From: an uncultured Erysipelotrichaceae bacterium
Lineage (GTDB): Bacteria > Bacillota_I > Bacilli_A > RF39 > UBA660
Length of the DNA stretch: 64,000 nucleotides
NCBI GenBank assembly: GCA_902780395.1
Contig: CACZFH010000002.1
Span: 22,335 to 86,334 of the forward strand
Reading direction: 5' to 3'
Shown: positions 55,901 to 63,735 of the stretch, one piece after another
How the letters are laid out: each line of letters opens with the position of its first letter
How positions within the stretch are numbered: the first letter of the stretch is position 1
Position numbers and translations under genes: made by a program
The notes under the pieces: model-generated
Told to the model about the DNA's origin: nothing
The model's input: only the letters and a program-made list of their open reading frames with translations
The model's database searches: none

Positions 55901-57603
55901 CTTCTTCAGAACATATTGATTATGCAGAATGTAATAAAATGTTAGTTAAAAACATTAAAGTAAAAGTAGATTTAGACAAAGAAGAAGAAAAAACATTGAT
56001 ATTTGTCTTAGGATGTAGCTTAAGCGATAAAGAAAATAAAGCACTTATTCAAAAATATACTAATATTGCCAACTGTAAAAAAGAATTAAAAGCAGTCAAA
56101 GATTACTGGAATAAAACATTAGGTACTATTCAAGTAAAAACACCAGATAATAGTTTTGATTATATGATAAATGGTTGGTATTTATACCAAACAATATCAG
56201 CTCGTATTCTTGCTAGATCAGGATTCTATCAAGTTAGTGGAGCTTTTGGTTTCCGTGATCAGTTGCAAGATGCAATGAATATTGTCCTAATAGAACCAGA
56301 ATTTACAAGACATCAAATCTTAAATAATGCTTCTCATCAATTTGAAGAAGGAGATGTATTACACTGGTGGCATGAGAAAAACCATTTTGGTTTACGTAGT
56401 CGTTATCAAGATGATTTCCTATGGTTAGTTTATGCAACTACTCATTATATAGAAACAACTTCCGATTATGATATCTTAAAAGAAAAAGTACCATATGTTG
56501 TAGGAGAAACATTAAGTGACTATGAAAATGAAAAAGGAATGGTATTCCATTATTCAGATAACAAAGACACTTTATTAGAACACTGCTTAAAATCATTAGA
56601 AAAATCAATGAAATCATTAGGAAGTCACAAAATACCACTTATGGGTGGAGGAGACTGGAATGATGGAATGAATCGTGTTGGTATTAAAGGAAAAGGAGAA
56701 AGTGTCTGGTTAGGTTTCTTCTTATACAATACTATTGATTTATTCACCAAAATGATGAAAAACTATGATAAGAATTTTGATACAGCTAGTTATATAAGTT
56801 TCAACGAAAAATTAAAAGAAAATCTTAACAAAAAGACATGGGACGGTTCTTATTATCTACGTGCATTCTTTGATAATGGAGACGTTATGGGAAGTCATGA
56901 AAATACTGAATGTAAAATTGACCTAATTTCTCAAAGTTTCTCAATTATCAGTGGAGTAGCACCAAAGGATAGAGTAGAAAAAATAATAACTTCTGTAGAA
57001 GAACAATTGGTAGATGATAAGAATAAGATTATTAAACTATTGACACCACCATTTTCAAAATCTTTAAATAATCCAGGTTATATTATGAATTATCCAAAAG
57101 GAATTCGTGAAAATGGAGGACAATATACTCATGCCGTATCATGGTATTTAATGGCTTTAATTAAAGCCGGTTATCATGATAGAGCTTATCGTTATTATCA
57201 AATGATAAATCCTGTAAATAGAACAAAAACAACCGCAGACGTAGATAAATATAAAGTCGAGCCATATGTAATTGCTGCTGATATTTATTCTTCAGATAAT
57301 TATCCAGGAAGAGGTGGTTGGACATGGTATACCGGTTCTGCAGGTTGGTTCTATAAAGTAGGAGTCCAAGAAATTTTAGGAATTAATAAGATAGGTAATA
57401 AATTAAAAATAAATCCAAAAATTCCAATTTCTTGGGAAGGCTATCGAGCAGTTTATCATTATCAGGATACAACTTATAATATTGAAGTAAGAAAAGAATC
57501 AAAAGACAAAGTAATAATAGATAAAAAAGAAATTATTTCTTCAACTATATTATTAGAAAATGATAAGAAAGAACACTTTGTTGAAATACATATTCACAAA
57601 TAA
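49966..57603 (+). CDS. cyclic beta-1,2-glucan synthase-like multidomain protein (membrane GT84-type transferase + GH94-type phosphorylase region)
   Basis: 2545 aa. ITLDTDTKL and QHRWARGD (51973-51984) transferase motifs flanked by TM helices. The C-terminal half is of the GH94/cellobiose-phosphorylase type (FGFRDQLQD, GGDWNDGMN, GGQYTHA). Start could be the ATG at 49975. Confidence 0.75.
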   Translation: MDVMANIIKKYYSDFDDITEYYNFLVNKTKNHQYVEITNEWLIDNYYLIVEHKNTILNSKKLIKKNKKIIQENYYFLKSIINSKNYNISFKFLVEELKKFQKDNKKAFSYQELSSFMYIIIMIYTERLNELCKEEYAKLIDKEDVATIIRNHETLTVADFLPANFDIIGNSHYIFEINNQLYRTGSNSNELFKELNEYLKEHSVSLKELINEEYQKRIENNLLISNIFNDLKEFFEYSTEELFEKVSKTEKLLLTDPAYKEMTIESKISYRNKLVSLAKKHHQQEYDYLEKIFTPNKHIGFKLFKNTNNTLKVFIYILTLVLATSITAFFASKYFIRPRVLGFIILFIPISQLISQIMHEFMVKVIPPAVIPKLDYLKGIPKESKTMVVIPTIVGNTQKIKEMFDVLESFYIVNKSDNLYFTLLGDVKAATTKDTDYDAEITAYGEEYAKKLNEKYKKELFYFIYRKRIWNPKENSFLGYERKRGALVQFNKILLGEPVDEEKYFQINMLHKNKLGIKYVITLDTDTKLVLNSALNLVGAMAHPMNKPVLNSSRTKVISGYGIMQPRVSVDIEATNKSLYSQIFAGIGGFDTYTAVVPNVYQDSFGEGSFVGKGIYDLKVFNEILANTFPDNLILSHDLLEGNYLRCGFVSDIEVIDGFPSKFLIDVTRQHRWARGDTQIIGWIKNKVPNKNNNKVKNPINLLGKFKILDNIIRMFLYPMLLIMLLLAFSGSLKKSLFWITLVVLEIAISIIFFLRSNMVRKGKNIKAVYYKNLYYGGKSLIFRSYIVLATVPYYSKLYMDAFFRTLYRLFISHKNLLNWITAEEVEKTVNGSLKNYIKNFSINFVFAAIFIGIGIIKANPLAYLIALVFISAPFVLYFVSSDIDHTQIELSDKKVDNIKELAKKTWQYFADGLQEKYNYLIPDNYQDNREEKIDLRTSPTAIGYSLTSVVCAEELGFIDKEKAIDYLGKILTSIDSLEKWHGHLFNWYNIETKKVMPPYFVSSVDSGNLIACVIMIREFLAKQGQEQLVKLCDKLIKNANFKKLYTKKDVFSIGYDEDEGKLSTYNYNKFASESRLTSYVAICLGDAPSKHWFSLDKSLTTYKGRKGLISWSGTAFEYFMPLLFMRNYPNTLLDESYHFAVFCQKDYINKVSHKLPWGISESAYNELDNALNYKYKAFSTPYLKAKEDKENRIVLSPYSSIMAIELFPEEVYENLKKFKELDMYGEYGFYEAYDYDNRGIVKAYFAHHEGMSLLGITNYLKKGIMKDYFHSNVNIRTFELLLKEKVQTKTNIDMKMAKYKKYNYNKEKIENDIRAFDYISYLPEMSVLSNKKYSLIMNDRGNSFSRYRTLQLNRYRKVTEQDYGIFLFIKDMKNNHIWSNTYAPMNEKPDKYEVVFASDKIKFLRKDEDISTKTEIVVCKNHHAEIRRITFKNESDIDKELELTSYTEPILSENMDDVGHKVFNNMFIKTDFDPRTDSLIAKRKGRGDNNVNSYMVTRMIIDNPLENYSYETERVNFIGRNHQLTDAKALSSDLTNFAGENLDPVLSLRNKVLVPANGSISVYLLVGFGRSREQIEEIINYYNNAYAIEKAFRISTLMNVIDTKNMNISGENMRTFNIMLNYLYQTTRISVNEERMNFLRKNALGQTGLWKFGVSGDRPIITVDIYDISDMSFIHEILKAFEYYKNKSIFVDIIIINNESNESAKLIKKEIDSEMYRIYTLNSFYHTPGSITVINKDEITDEDRSLLNVVPRLRFVVDNHMSLKEAVEELQKNNSISDYPTYPIEKNLAISNTEKLQMDNGYGGFKNSGKEYVIYNKNTPMPWSNIIANKTFGTIITNNGCGYTYAYNSSEFKISSWTNEMVINDKSEGFKFNGQNFDPEKCIHGFGYSILESETEDFKHEITEFVATEDNVKIYFMKLKNKKAKTPVDVEFWINPTFGNFEEKTTRHILTEFMGDDNYLKMRNVYSINYGDVNVFMSSSEHIDYAECNKMLVKNIKVKVDLDKEEEKTLIFVLGCSLSDKENKALIQKYTNIANCKKELKAVKDYWNKTLGTIQVKTPDNSFDYMINGWYLYQTISARILARSGFYQVSGAFGFRDQLQDAMNIVLIEPEFTRHQILNNASHQFEEGDVLHWWHEKNHFGLRSRYQDDFLWLVYATTHYIETTSDYDILKEKVPYVVGETLSDYENEKGMVFHYSDNKDTLLEHCLKSLEKSMKSLGSHKIPLMGGGDWNDGMNRVGIKGKGESVWLGFFLYNTIDLFTKMMKNYDKNFDTASYISFNEKLKENLNKKTWDGSYYLRAFFDNGDVMGSHENTECKIDLISQSFSIISGVAPKDRVEKIITSVEEQLVDDKNKIIKLLTPPFSKSLNNPGYIMNYPKGIRENGGQYTHAVSWYLMALIKAGYHDRAYRYYQMINPVNRTKTTADVDKYKVEPYVIAADIYSSDNYPGRGGWTWYTGSAGWFYKVGVQEILGINKIGNKLKINPKIPISWEGYRAVYHYQDTTYNIEVRKESKDKVIIDKKEIISSTILLENDKKEHFVEIHIHK

Positions 57604-57625
57604 AAGAGGGAAACCTCTTTTTTTG
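57604..57625 (+). terminator. terminator after the glucan synthase-like gene
   Basis: Stem aagagg / loop gaaa / stem cctctt, followed by a T-run. Confidence 0.75.
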
Positions 57626-57660
57626 TGAAAAAAATGGTATAATAAAAGAGGAGGAAAAAC

Positions 57661-58128
57661 ATGGATTTACAAAAAGATAAATATATTATTGTAGAAATAA
57701 TACCTACTCATAGTGATTCAGAAAAAGGAATTATTGCTCAAATTAGTGCCTTAAAACTAAATGGAATAAAATTAGAAGACCGTTTTGATTATCGAGTAAC
57801 TAATAAATTTATTGATAATGAAGACTTAAAACAAATGATTTCTTATGACAAGGATATGTTTACCTACGTAGATAATAAGTACTTTATCATAGAGAAATTT
57901 AAACAATGGGCAAAAGATTATCCATTATTACTAATAGAAGATAGTTATACTAAAAACTATTTAAAAGAACTAACTAACGTCAAAGAATTAGTTTATCCAT
58001 ATCTACAACTAGATTATAGTTTAGATATATTTGAACGTATTATGAAAAAGTATTCTCTAGAACCAAGTAATCATTTAGTAGACATAATTTATGAAGCAAT
58101 TATTTATGAAGGTAATAATAAAGAGTGA
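57661..58128 (+). CDS. hypothetical protein (possibly a degenerate DnaQ-like exonuclease fold)
   Basis: ORF track; RBS agaggagga. YIIVEIIPTHSD sits where exonucleases carry DxE. Weak resemblance. Confidence 0.4.
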   Translation: MDLQKDKYIIVEIIPTHSDSEKGIIAQISALKLNGIKLEDRFDYRVTNKFIDNEDLKQMISYDKDMFTYVDNKYFIIEKFKQWAKDYPLLLIEDSYTKNYLKELTNVKELVYPYLQLDYSLDIFERIMKKYSLEPSNHLVDIIYEAIIYEGNNKE

Positions 58129-58175
58129 AATTAGCTTTTTTTATGATATACTATTTATAATAAGAAGGTGATTAT

Positions 58176-59369
58176 ATGATAAAATTTGATTTCAAAACAT
58201 ATGCTAAGTCTTTTATCAATGAAGAAGAGTTCAATAGTCTTTATAGCAGAAAAAATGAAATGATTGAAAAACTAAAGAGTTATGAAATGACAGGCTGGAT
58301 GAAACCAATATCTCCAGAACTAGTTTCAGATATAAAAAGATGTGCTAAGAACATAAAAGATAATTATGATTGTTTAGTAGTAATAGGAATAGGTGGTTCT
58401 TTTTTAGGAAGCTATTCATTTTCTAAATTATTTCAAAAATATTTTGATGATAGAAGTTTTTCAGTAATATATGCTGGAACTACTTTATCTAGTAAATATC
58501 TAGAAGAATTACAACATCACTTAGATAAGAAAAACTTTTGTATCAACGTAATTAGTAAAAGTGGAAGTACTATGGAAACAACCGTTACTTATCAAATATT
58601 AAAAGATTTACTAAGAAGAAAATATAGTGAAGAAGAATTGAAAAATAGAATTATCATTACTACTGACAAAGCAACAGGTCCTCTCCATGAAGAAGCTATG
58701 GTTCATAATTATCAAACATTTGATATTCCAGAAAATATAGGAGGAAGATATTCATTCTTAACAGCAGCTCATCTTCTACCTCTTGCTCTTAATTATAATA
58801 TTGATGATATTGTTGAGGGGTATTATGAAGGAGAAAGATTAATAGATATTGCTTATGAATATGCTGTAACTAGAAGACTATTATTCAATCAAAGAAAAGT
58901 TGTGGAAAACTTCTGTGTGTATGAAGAAAGCATGAGTGCTTTCACAGAATGGCTAAAGCAATTATTTGGTGAAACAGAAGGAAAAGATGGAGTTGGAATT
59001 CTACCAATGTCAACCATTCATACTAGAGATTTACATTCTTTAGGACAATTTGTTCAAGAAGGTAATAAAATTCTTTTTGAAACATTTATAAAAGTAACAA
59101 ACTCAGATAGTTTTATTGAATATAATAAACAAGAACTCCATAGAATTAATAATATTGTATTAGACTCCGTAGTAAAAGCCCATTATAGTGGTGGTGTACC
59201 TTGTCTAGAAATAGAAATGACAGAATTAGATATTGAAAACGTTTCATCTTTAATCTATTTCTTCATGCTAAGTGCTGCTTTTAGTGCTATACTATTTAAC
59301 GTTGATCCTTTTAATCAACCAGGAGTAGAAGTATATAAAAAAGAGGTAAAACAAGCCTTAGAAAAATAG
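58176..59369 (+). CDS. pgi: glucose-6-phosphate isomerase
   Basis: VVIGIGGSFLGS and VISKSGSTMET SIS/PGI motifs. C-terminal FNQPGVEVYK. Confidence 0.85.
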   Translation: MIKFDFKTYAKSFINEEEFNSLYSRKNEMIEKLKSYEMTGWMKPISPELVSDIKRCAKNIKDNYDCLVVIGIGGSFLGSYSFSKLFQKYFDDRSFSVIYAGTTLSSKYLEELQHHLDKKNFCINVISKSGSTMETTVTYQILKDLLRRKYSEEELKNRIIITTDKATGPLHEEAMVHNYQTFDIPENIGGRYSFLTAAHLLPLALNYNIDDIVEGYYEGERLIDIAYEYAVTRRLLFNQRKVVENFCVYEESMSAFTEWLKQLFGETEGKDGVGILPMSTIHTRDLHSLGQFVQEGNKILFETFIKVTNSDSFIEYNKQELHRINNIVLDSVVKAHYSGGVPCLEIEMTELDIENVSSLIYFFMLSAAFSAILFNVDPFNQPGVEVYKKEVKQALEK

Positions 59370-59377
59370 GTGATACT

Positions 59378-59986
59378 ATGAAAAAAAAACAAAGAATAAT
59401 CATAATAGTACTAGCAACTCTCTTTCTAGCTTTAACAATATTAGTTCAAAAAGGATTAATAGTATCAATAGATAATGCTCTATATGAGAGATTAATGGTG
59501 TTTCAAGGATTACCCATGGATACCTTTATGAAGTCTATTACAATACTAGGTAATACCATACCTGTTCTTTGTATTGCTTGTTTTATAATGATTTATTTAA
59601 CTAAAAAAGAAAGATACTTATTTGGAACCAATATTATTATCACCGTATTATCGAATCAAATAATTAAAAGAATAATTAAAAGGCCAAGACCAAATCACTT
59701 AAGATTAATTAAACAAGGAGGATATTCATATCCATCAGGACATGCTATGATAGCAATAGGATTATATGGACAAATATTATATTTTGTAAATAAAAAGGTA
59801 AAAGACAAAAAACAACGAATCTTTTTCTCAAGTCTATTAACTTTTATTATGATAGGAATAGGAATTAGTAGAGTCTATGTAGGTGTCCACTATCCAAGTG
59901 ATATCATTGCCGGATATCTTCTTTCAAGCCTAATCTTAATCTGTGAAATATCATATTGGCATCATCATAGGGGGAAACTAAAATGA
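59378..59986 (+). CDS. PAP2-family lipid phosphatase (BcrC/undecaprenyl-diphosphatase-like)
   Basis: KRPRP, PSGH and SRVYVGVHYPSD motifs. Multiple TM helices. Confidence 0.8.
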   Translation: MKKKQRIIIIVLATLFLALTILVQKGLIVSIDNALYERLMVFQGLPMDTFMKSITILGNTIPVLCIACFIMIYLTKKERYLFGTNIIITVLSNQIIKRIIKRPRPNHLRLIKQGGYSYPSGHAMIAIGLYGQILYFVNKKVKDKKQRIFFSSLLTFIMIGIGISRVYVGVHYPSDIIAGYLLSSLILICEISYWHHHRGKLK

Positions 59987-60684
59987 TAAAAATGATAGTA
60001 TGTAGTTTTTATAACACTTTAATTAATGATGAAGAAGCAATCCCAACAACAACAATGTTGGAAATAGAAAGACTAAAGAAAAAAGGAATTATCTTTGCTA
60101 TTTGTACGAATGATCTTTACCAAGATGTATTAGATTATAATAGAGATTTTCCTTTTATGGATTATATTATTTCTCTAAATGGCAGTTATGTCTATGATGT
60201 AGAAAGAAAAAGATGCTTATTTAAAAGCAAACTTTCTCTACCTAATTTAAAGAAAGTTAAAGAATACTTTGATCCAGAAAAAACAACATATTATACTGAG
60301 AACAATTCTTTTCAGAAAATAACAAATAATCTAGAACAAAGTATTTATAAAGTTGAAGTAGAAATAACAGAAGAAGAATTATCAAAAATTAAGAAAATGA
60401 ATATTACTACTTCTATGATTAACAAACATGGAAAAGACTTATTAGAAATAACCTCTAATAAGGGAAATATGTTTTCAGGAATAGATCAAATTAGTTTAAA
60501 AACAGGAATATCTTTAAAAGATATTTTAGTAATAGGAGCCAATGAAAGTGATTATTCCTTAATAACTAATATTACTAATAGTTATAGAATGGCAAATAGT
60601 TGTGAAAAATTGAAACAAACAAAAGCAAAAAAAACCTTATCAAACAACGAAAAAGGAGTAGAGAAAATACTAAAAAGTCTCTAA
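59983..60684 (+). CDS. Cof-type HAD-fold protein with degenerate catalytic motifs
   Basis: Cof-like layout, but motif I reads VCSFYNTL (instead of DxDGTL) and motif IV reads GANESD. Confidence 0.55.
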   Translation: MIKMIVCSFYNTLINDEEAIPTTTMLEIERLKKKGIIFAICTNDLYQDVLDYNRDFPFMDYIISLNGSYVYDVERKRCLFKSKLSLPNLKKVKEYFDPEKTTYYTENNSFQKITNNLEQSIYKVEVEITEEELSKIKKMNITTSMINKHGKDLLEITSNKGNMFSGIDQISLKTGISLKDILVIGANESDYSLITNITNSYRMANSCEKLKQTKAKKTLSNNEKGVEKILKSL

Positions 60685-60691
60685 CAACATT

Positions 60692-61471
60692 ATGAAAAGA
60701 CGGAAGAATTATTTAATTTTAGGAATTAGTTTGCTGATAATATCCATATCAAGTGGATTTGGTTGCTCTTTTCTTTACTTATCTACCAAAAAAGAAGAAC
60801 CACCAATTTATAATGAAATAGATAATGAAAAAGAAGAACCACAAGAACCCCTAGAAGAAAAACCAGTAGAGAATACTCCAGTTCCTTATGACAATATACT
60901 TCCCAATATTAGAAGTCAATATGGAAATAATAATATAGTAGGAAGACTAGAAATACCAAATATAGGAATTGATGCCTATGTTACTAGAGCAATGGATAAT
61001 TCCTATTATCTAGGGTACAATTACTATAATCAATATGATGCTCTAGGAGTACCTTTTATTGATTATAGAAACACGGATTTAGGCAATAACAAGCAGATTA
61101 ATCTCTATGGACATAATACCCAAAATGAAAAATACTTTAATCATTTGCCTTTTATAAAACTAGAATCTTATACAAATAAAAATATCTTTGATTCATATAA
61201 AGATATCTATCTTAGTATTGATGAAAAGAAAATGCATTATAGAGTAATAGCTATTAAGATAATTGATGATTCCAATAATGAACATATGAAAATAATCTTT
61301 AATAGTAAAACCGAATATTTAACCCATGTTAGTAGATTATTACAAAATACTTTATATAGAGATAATATGATAGAAATATCATCTGATGATAGATTAATTG
61401 TATTACAAGTATGTCATTATAATCCAATGGATACCTATTTATTAGTAATAGGAAAAGAAGTTAAAGACTAA
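60692..61471 (+). CDS. class B sortase-like transpeptidase
   Basis: N-terminal TM anchor. IVGRLEIPNIGIDAYV..DNSYYL, LYGHN (His), VLQVCHY (Cys). Confidence 0.7.
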   Translation: MKRRKNYLILGISLLIISISSGFGCSFLYLSTKKEEPPIYNEIDNEKEEPQEPLEEKPVENTPVPYDNILPNIRSQYGNNNIVGRLEIPNIGIDAYVTRAMDNSYYLGYNYYNQYDALGVPFIDYRNTDLGNNKQINLYGHNTQNEKYFNHLPFIKLESYTNKNIFDSYKDIYLSIDEKKMHYRVIAIKIIDDSNNEHMKIIFNSKTEYLTHVSRLLQNTLYRDNMIEISSDDRLIVLQVCHYNPMDTYLLVIGKEVKD

Positions 61472-61472
61472 G

Positions 61473-61497
61473 AACAGGAAAAATATCCTGTTTTTTA
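61473..61497 (+). terminator. terminator after the sortase gene
   Basis: Stem aacagga / loop aaaata / stem tcctgtt, followed by a T-run. Confidence 0.75.
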
Positions 61498-61655
61498 TTT
61501 AAAAATATTGTTAACAAATAATGAATTACAAGCCTATTAATTATGAAGAGAAAGCTATCAAGCAATATATCAAAAAAAGATATTAAAGCTAGCAATAGCT
61601 TTTTTTGTTTGTAAAAAAAGGTTTTTGTTATATAATCTAGGTAGGTGATAGCAAT

Positions 61656-62510
61656 ATGAAACTAATTGTAAAAAAAGAATCTTTATTATTAGATTACTTA
61701 ATAGAAGAATTAAATATGCCTAGAAAAAGAATCAAGCAATATTTAGCTCACGGATCTATTTATGTTAATAATAATAAAACCACAAAATATAATACCAAAT
61801 TACATCCAGGCATGATAATTATTATAGATACCAATCAAAAAAATGAAGCTAGTTTACCATTTGATATCTTAATGGAAGATGAATACTTAATAGCTGTTAA
61901 TAAACCAAGTGGCTTATTAACTATCGCGACAGCTAAAGAAAAAGAAAAAACCCTTTATCATATGATAAGAGAATACTTAATAAAGAAAGACAAAAGAGCT
62001 AAAGTATTTATTATTCATAGACTAGATAAAGATACCAGTGGAATTGTTTTATTTGCTAAAAATGAAAAAATAAAAAATAAAATGCAAGAAAACTGGAATG
62101 AATATATTTCTCTAAGAGAATATACCGCTGTTGTTCATGGCATATTAGATAAAAAAGAAGATCGAATTATTCAAAAATTAAAAGAAACAAAAACTAATTT
62201 AGTTTATATAAGTAAAGATAAAGATGCCAAAGAAGCTATTACAAACTACAAAGTAATCAAAGAAAATAAAAATAGTATGGTTCAAATTGAATTAGAAACA
62301 GGAAGAAAGAATCAAATAAGAGTAGCATTTGCTTCCTTAAAACATCCTATATTAGGAGATAAAAAATATGGCGATATAAAAGATAATTATCCAAGATTAT
62401 TTCTTCATGCCAATCGTTTAAAATTTTATCATCCTGAAGTAAAAAAAGAAATATTATTAGAAACAACTATTCCCAATGAATTTAAAAAAGAAATGAATAA
62501 AGGTGATTAG
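61656..62510 (+). CDS. RluA-family 23S rRNA pseudouridine synthase
   Basis: HRLDKDTSGIVLFAKN catalytic motif, GRKNQIRV, and an S4-like N-terminus. Confidence 0.85.
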   Translation: MKLIVKKESLLLDYLIEELNMPRKRIKQYLAHGSIYVNNNKTTKYNTKLHPGMIIIIDTNQKNEASLPFDILMEDEYLIAVNKPSGLLTIATAKEKEKTLYHMIREYLIKKDKRAKVFIIHRLDKDTSGIVLFAKNEKIKNKMQENWNEYISLREYTAVVHGILDKKEDRIIQKLKETKTNLVYISKDKDAKEAITNYKVIKENKNSMVQIELETGRKNQIRVAFASLKHPILGDKKYGDIKDNYPRLFLHANRLKFYHPEVKKEILLETTIPNEFKKEMNKGD

Positions 62511-63665
62511 ATGAGTAATCCAAAAAAAAGAAAGAGAATAAATGTTTGGCTTCTATTAATTATTTTAATTGGCTTCGGTTTAGGATTTTGGTATTATCAA
62601 CAAGATAATACTAAAAAAGAATCTCCCAAAGAAGAAACTAAAAAAGCAAAAAAAGAAGAGTTATCATTACCAGAAAGAATCCTAAAAGGCATGACAAGTG
62701 AAGAAAAAATAGGTCAATTATTTTTAGTTCGTTATAGTAAAGAATCAACCTCAAAATGGACTTCTTTGTATCCTGGAGGCTATCTATTATTTGCTAAAGA
62801 CTTTGAACAACATACCAAAGAAAGCATAACTAATGAATTAACATCTCTTCAAGAAAAACAGAAATATCCTTTAATCATAGCTGTCGATGAAGAAGGTGGA
62901 TATGTAACAAGAGTAAGTCGTTTCCCAGCTTTTCGACAAGAAAAATTTGCTTCTCCAAGATACTACTATGAAACAGGAGGTTATGAATTATTAGAACAAA
63001 CTGAAAAAGAAAAAGCAGAATTACTAACAAGTTTAGGGATTAATCTAAATCTTGCCCCTGTAGCAGATGTTTCAACTAATTCCAATGATTTTATAAATAA
63101 TAGAACTTTTGGCAGAAATGCCCAAGAAACAGCAGAATTAATAAAACATATGGTAAAGTATGCCAATGAAAATCATATTGCATCTTGCCTAAAACATTTC
63201 CCAGGTTATGGTAATAATGAAGATACTCACACTGGAGTAGCAATTGATAATAGAGAGTTAGCCTCTCTAAAAGAAAATGATTTTATACCATTCCAAGCCG
63301 GAATAGAAGAAAATGTACCATGCATTTTAATATCTCATAATGTTATAACATCAATTGATAGTAATTATCCAGCTTCATTAAGTGATAAAGTAATCAAAGA
63401 GTTAAGAGAAACACTAAATTATAAAAATGTTGTTATAACGGATGATTTAGCCATGGATGCTGTCAAATCTTATGTTGAAAACAATGAAGCAGCTACTTTA
63501 GCATTAAATGCTGGAAATGATATGATAATAACAAGTGATTTTGAGGAAATGTATCAAGAATTATTGCAATCATTAAAAGATAAAAAAATAACAGAAGAAC
63601 GCCTTAACCAAGCCGTATTAAGAATTATTAACTGGAAAATAGAGATGGGTTTATTAAAAGAATAA
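62511..63665 (+). CDS. GH3 beta-N-acetylhexosaminidase (NagZ-like), membrane-anchored
   Basis: KIGQLFLV, VDEEGG, KHFPGYG and ITDDLAMDA motifs. N-terminal TM segment. Confidence 0.8.
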   Translation: MSNPKKRKRINVWLLLIILIGFGLGFWYYQQDNTKKESPKEETKKAKKEELSLPERILKGMTSEEKIGQLFLVRYSKESTSKWTSLYPGGYLLFAKDFEQHTKESITNELTSLQEKQKYPLIIAVDEEGGYVTRVSRFPAFRQEKFASPRYYYETGGYELLEQTEKEKAELLTSLGINLNLAPVADVSTNSNDFINNRTFGRNAQETAELIKHMVKYANENHIASCLKHFPGYGNNEDTHTGVAIDNRELASLKENDFIPFQAGIEENVPCILISHNVITSIDSNYPASLSDKVIKELRETLNYKNVVITDDLAMDAVKSYVENNEAATLALNAGNDMIITSDFEEMYQELLQSLKDKKITEERLNQAVLRIINWKIEMGLLKE

Positions 63666-63735
63666 TAATAAAAAATGACAAAATAAGAAATATATGATAC
63701 TCTAGAAAAGAGTGAAAAAAGAAAGAAGGAATACA

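Noticed and set aside
61521-61607. 21-aa ORF (MNYKPINYEEKAIKQYIKKRY) followed by a hairpin (aagcta-gcaa-tagctt + T-run) upstream of the pseudouridine synthase gene; considered as a leader peptide or attenuator.
   Set aside because: It has no RBS, and its codon content has no obvious link to the downstream gene. It is more likely a gene remnant plus a terminator.
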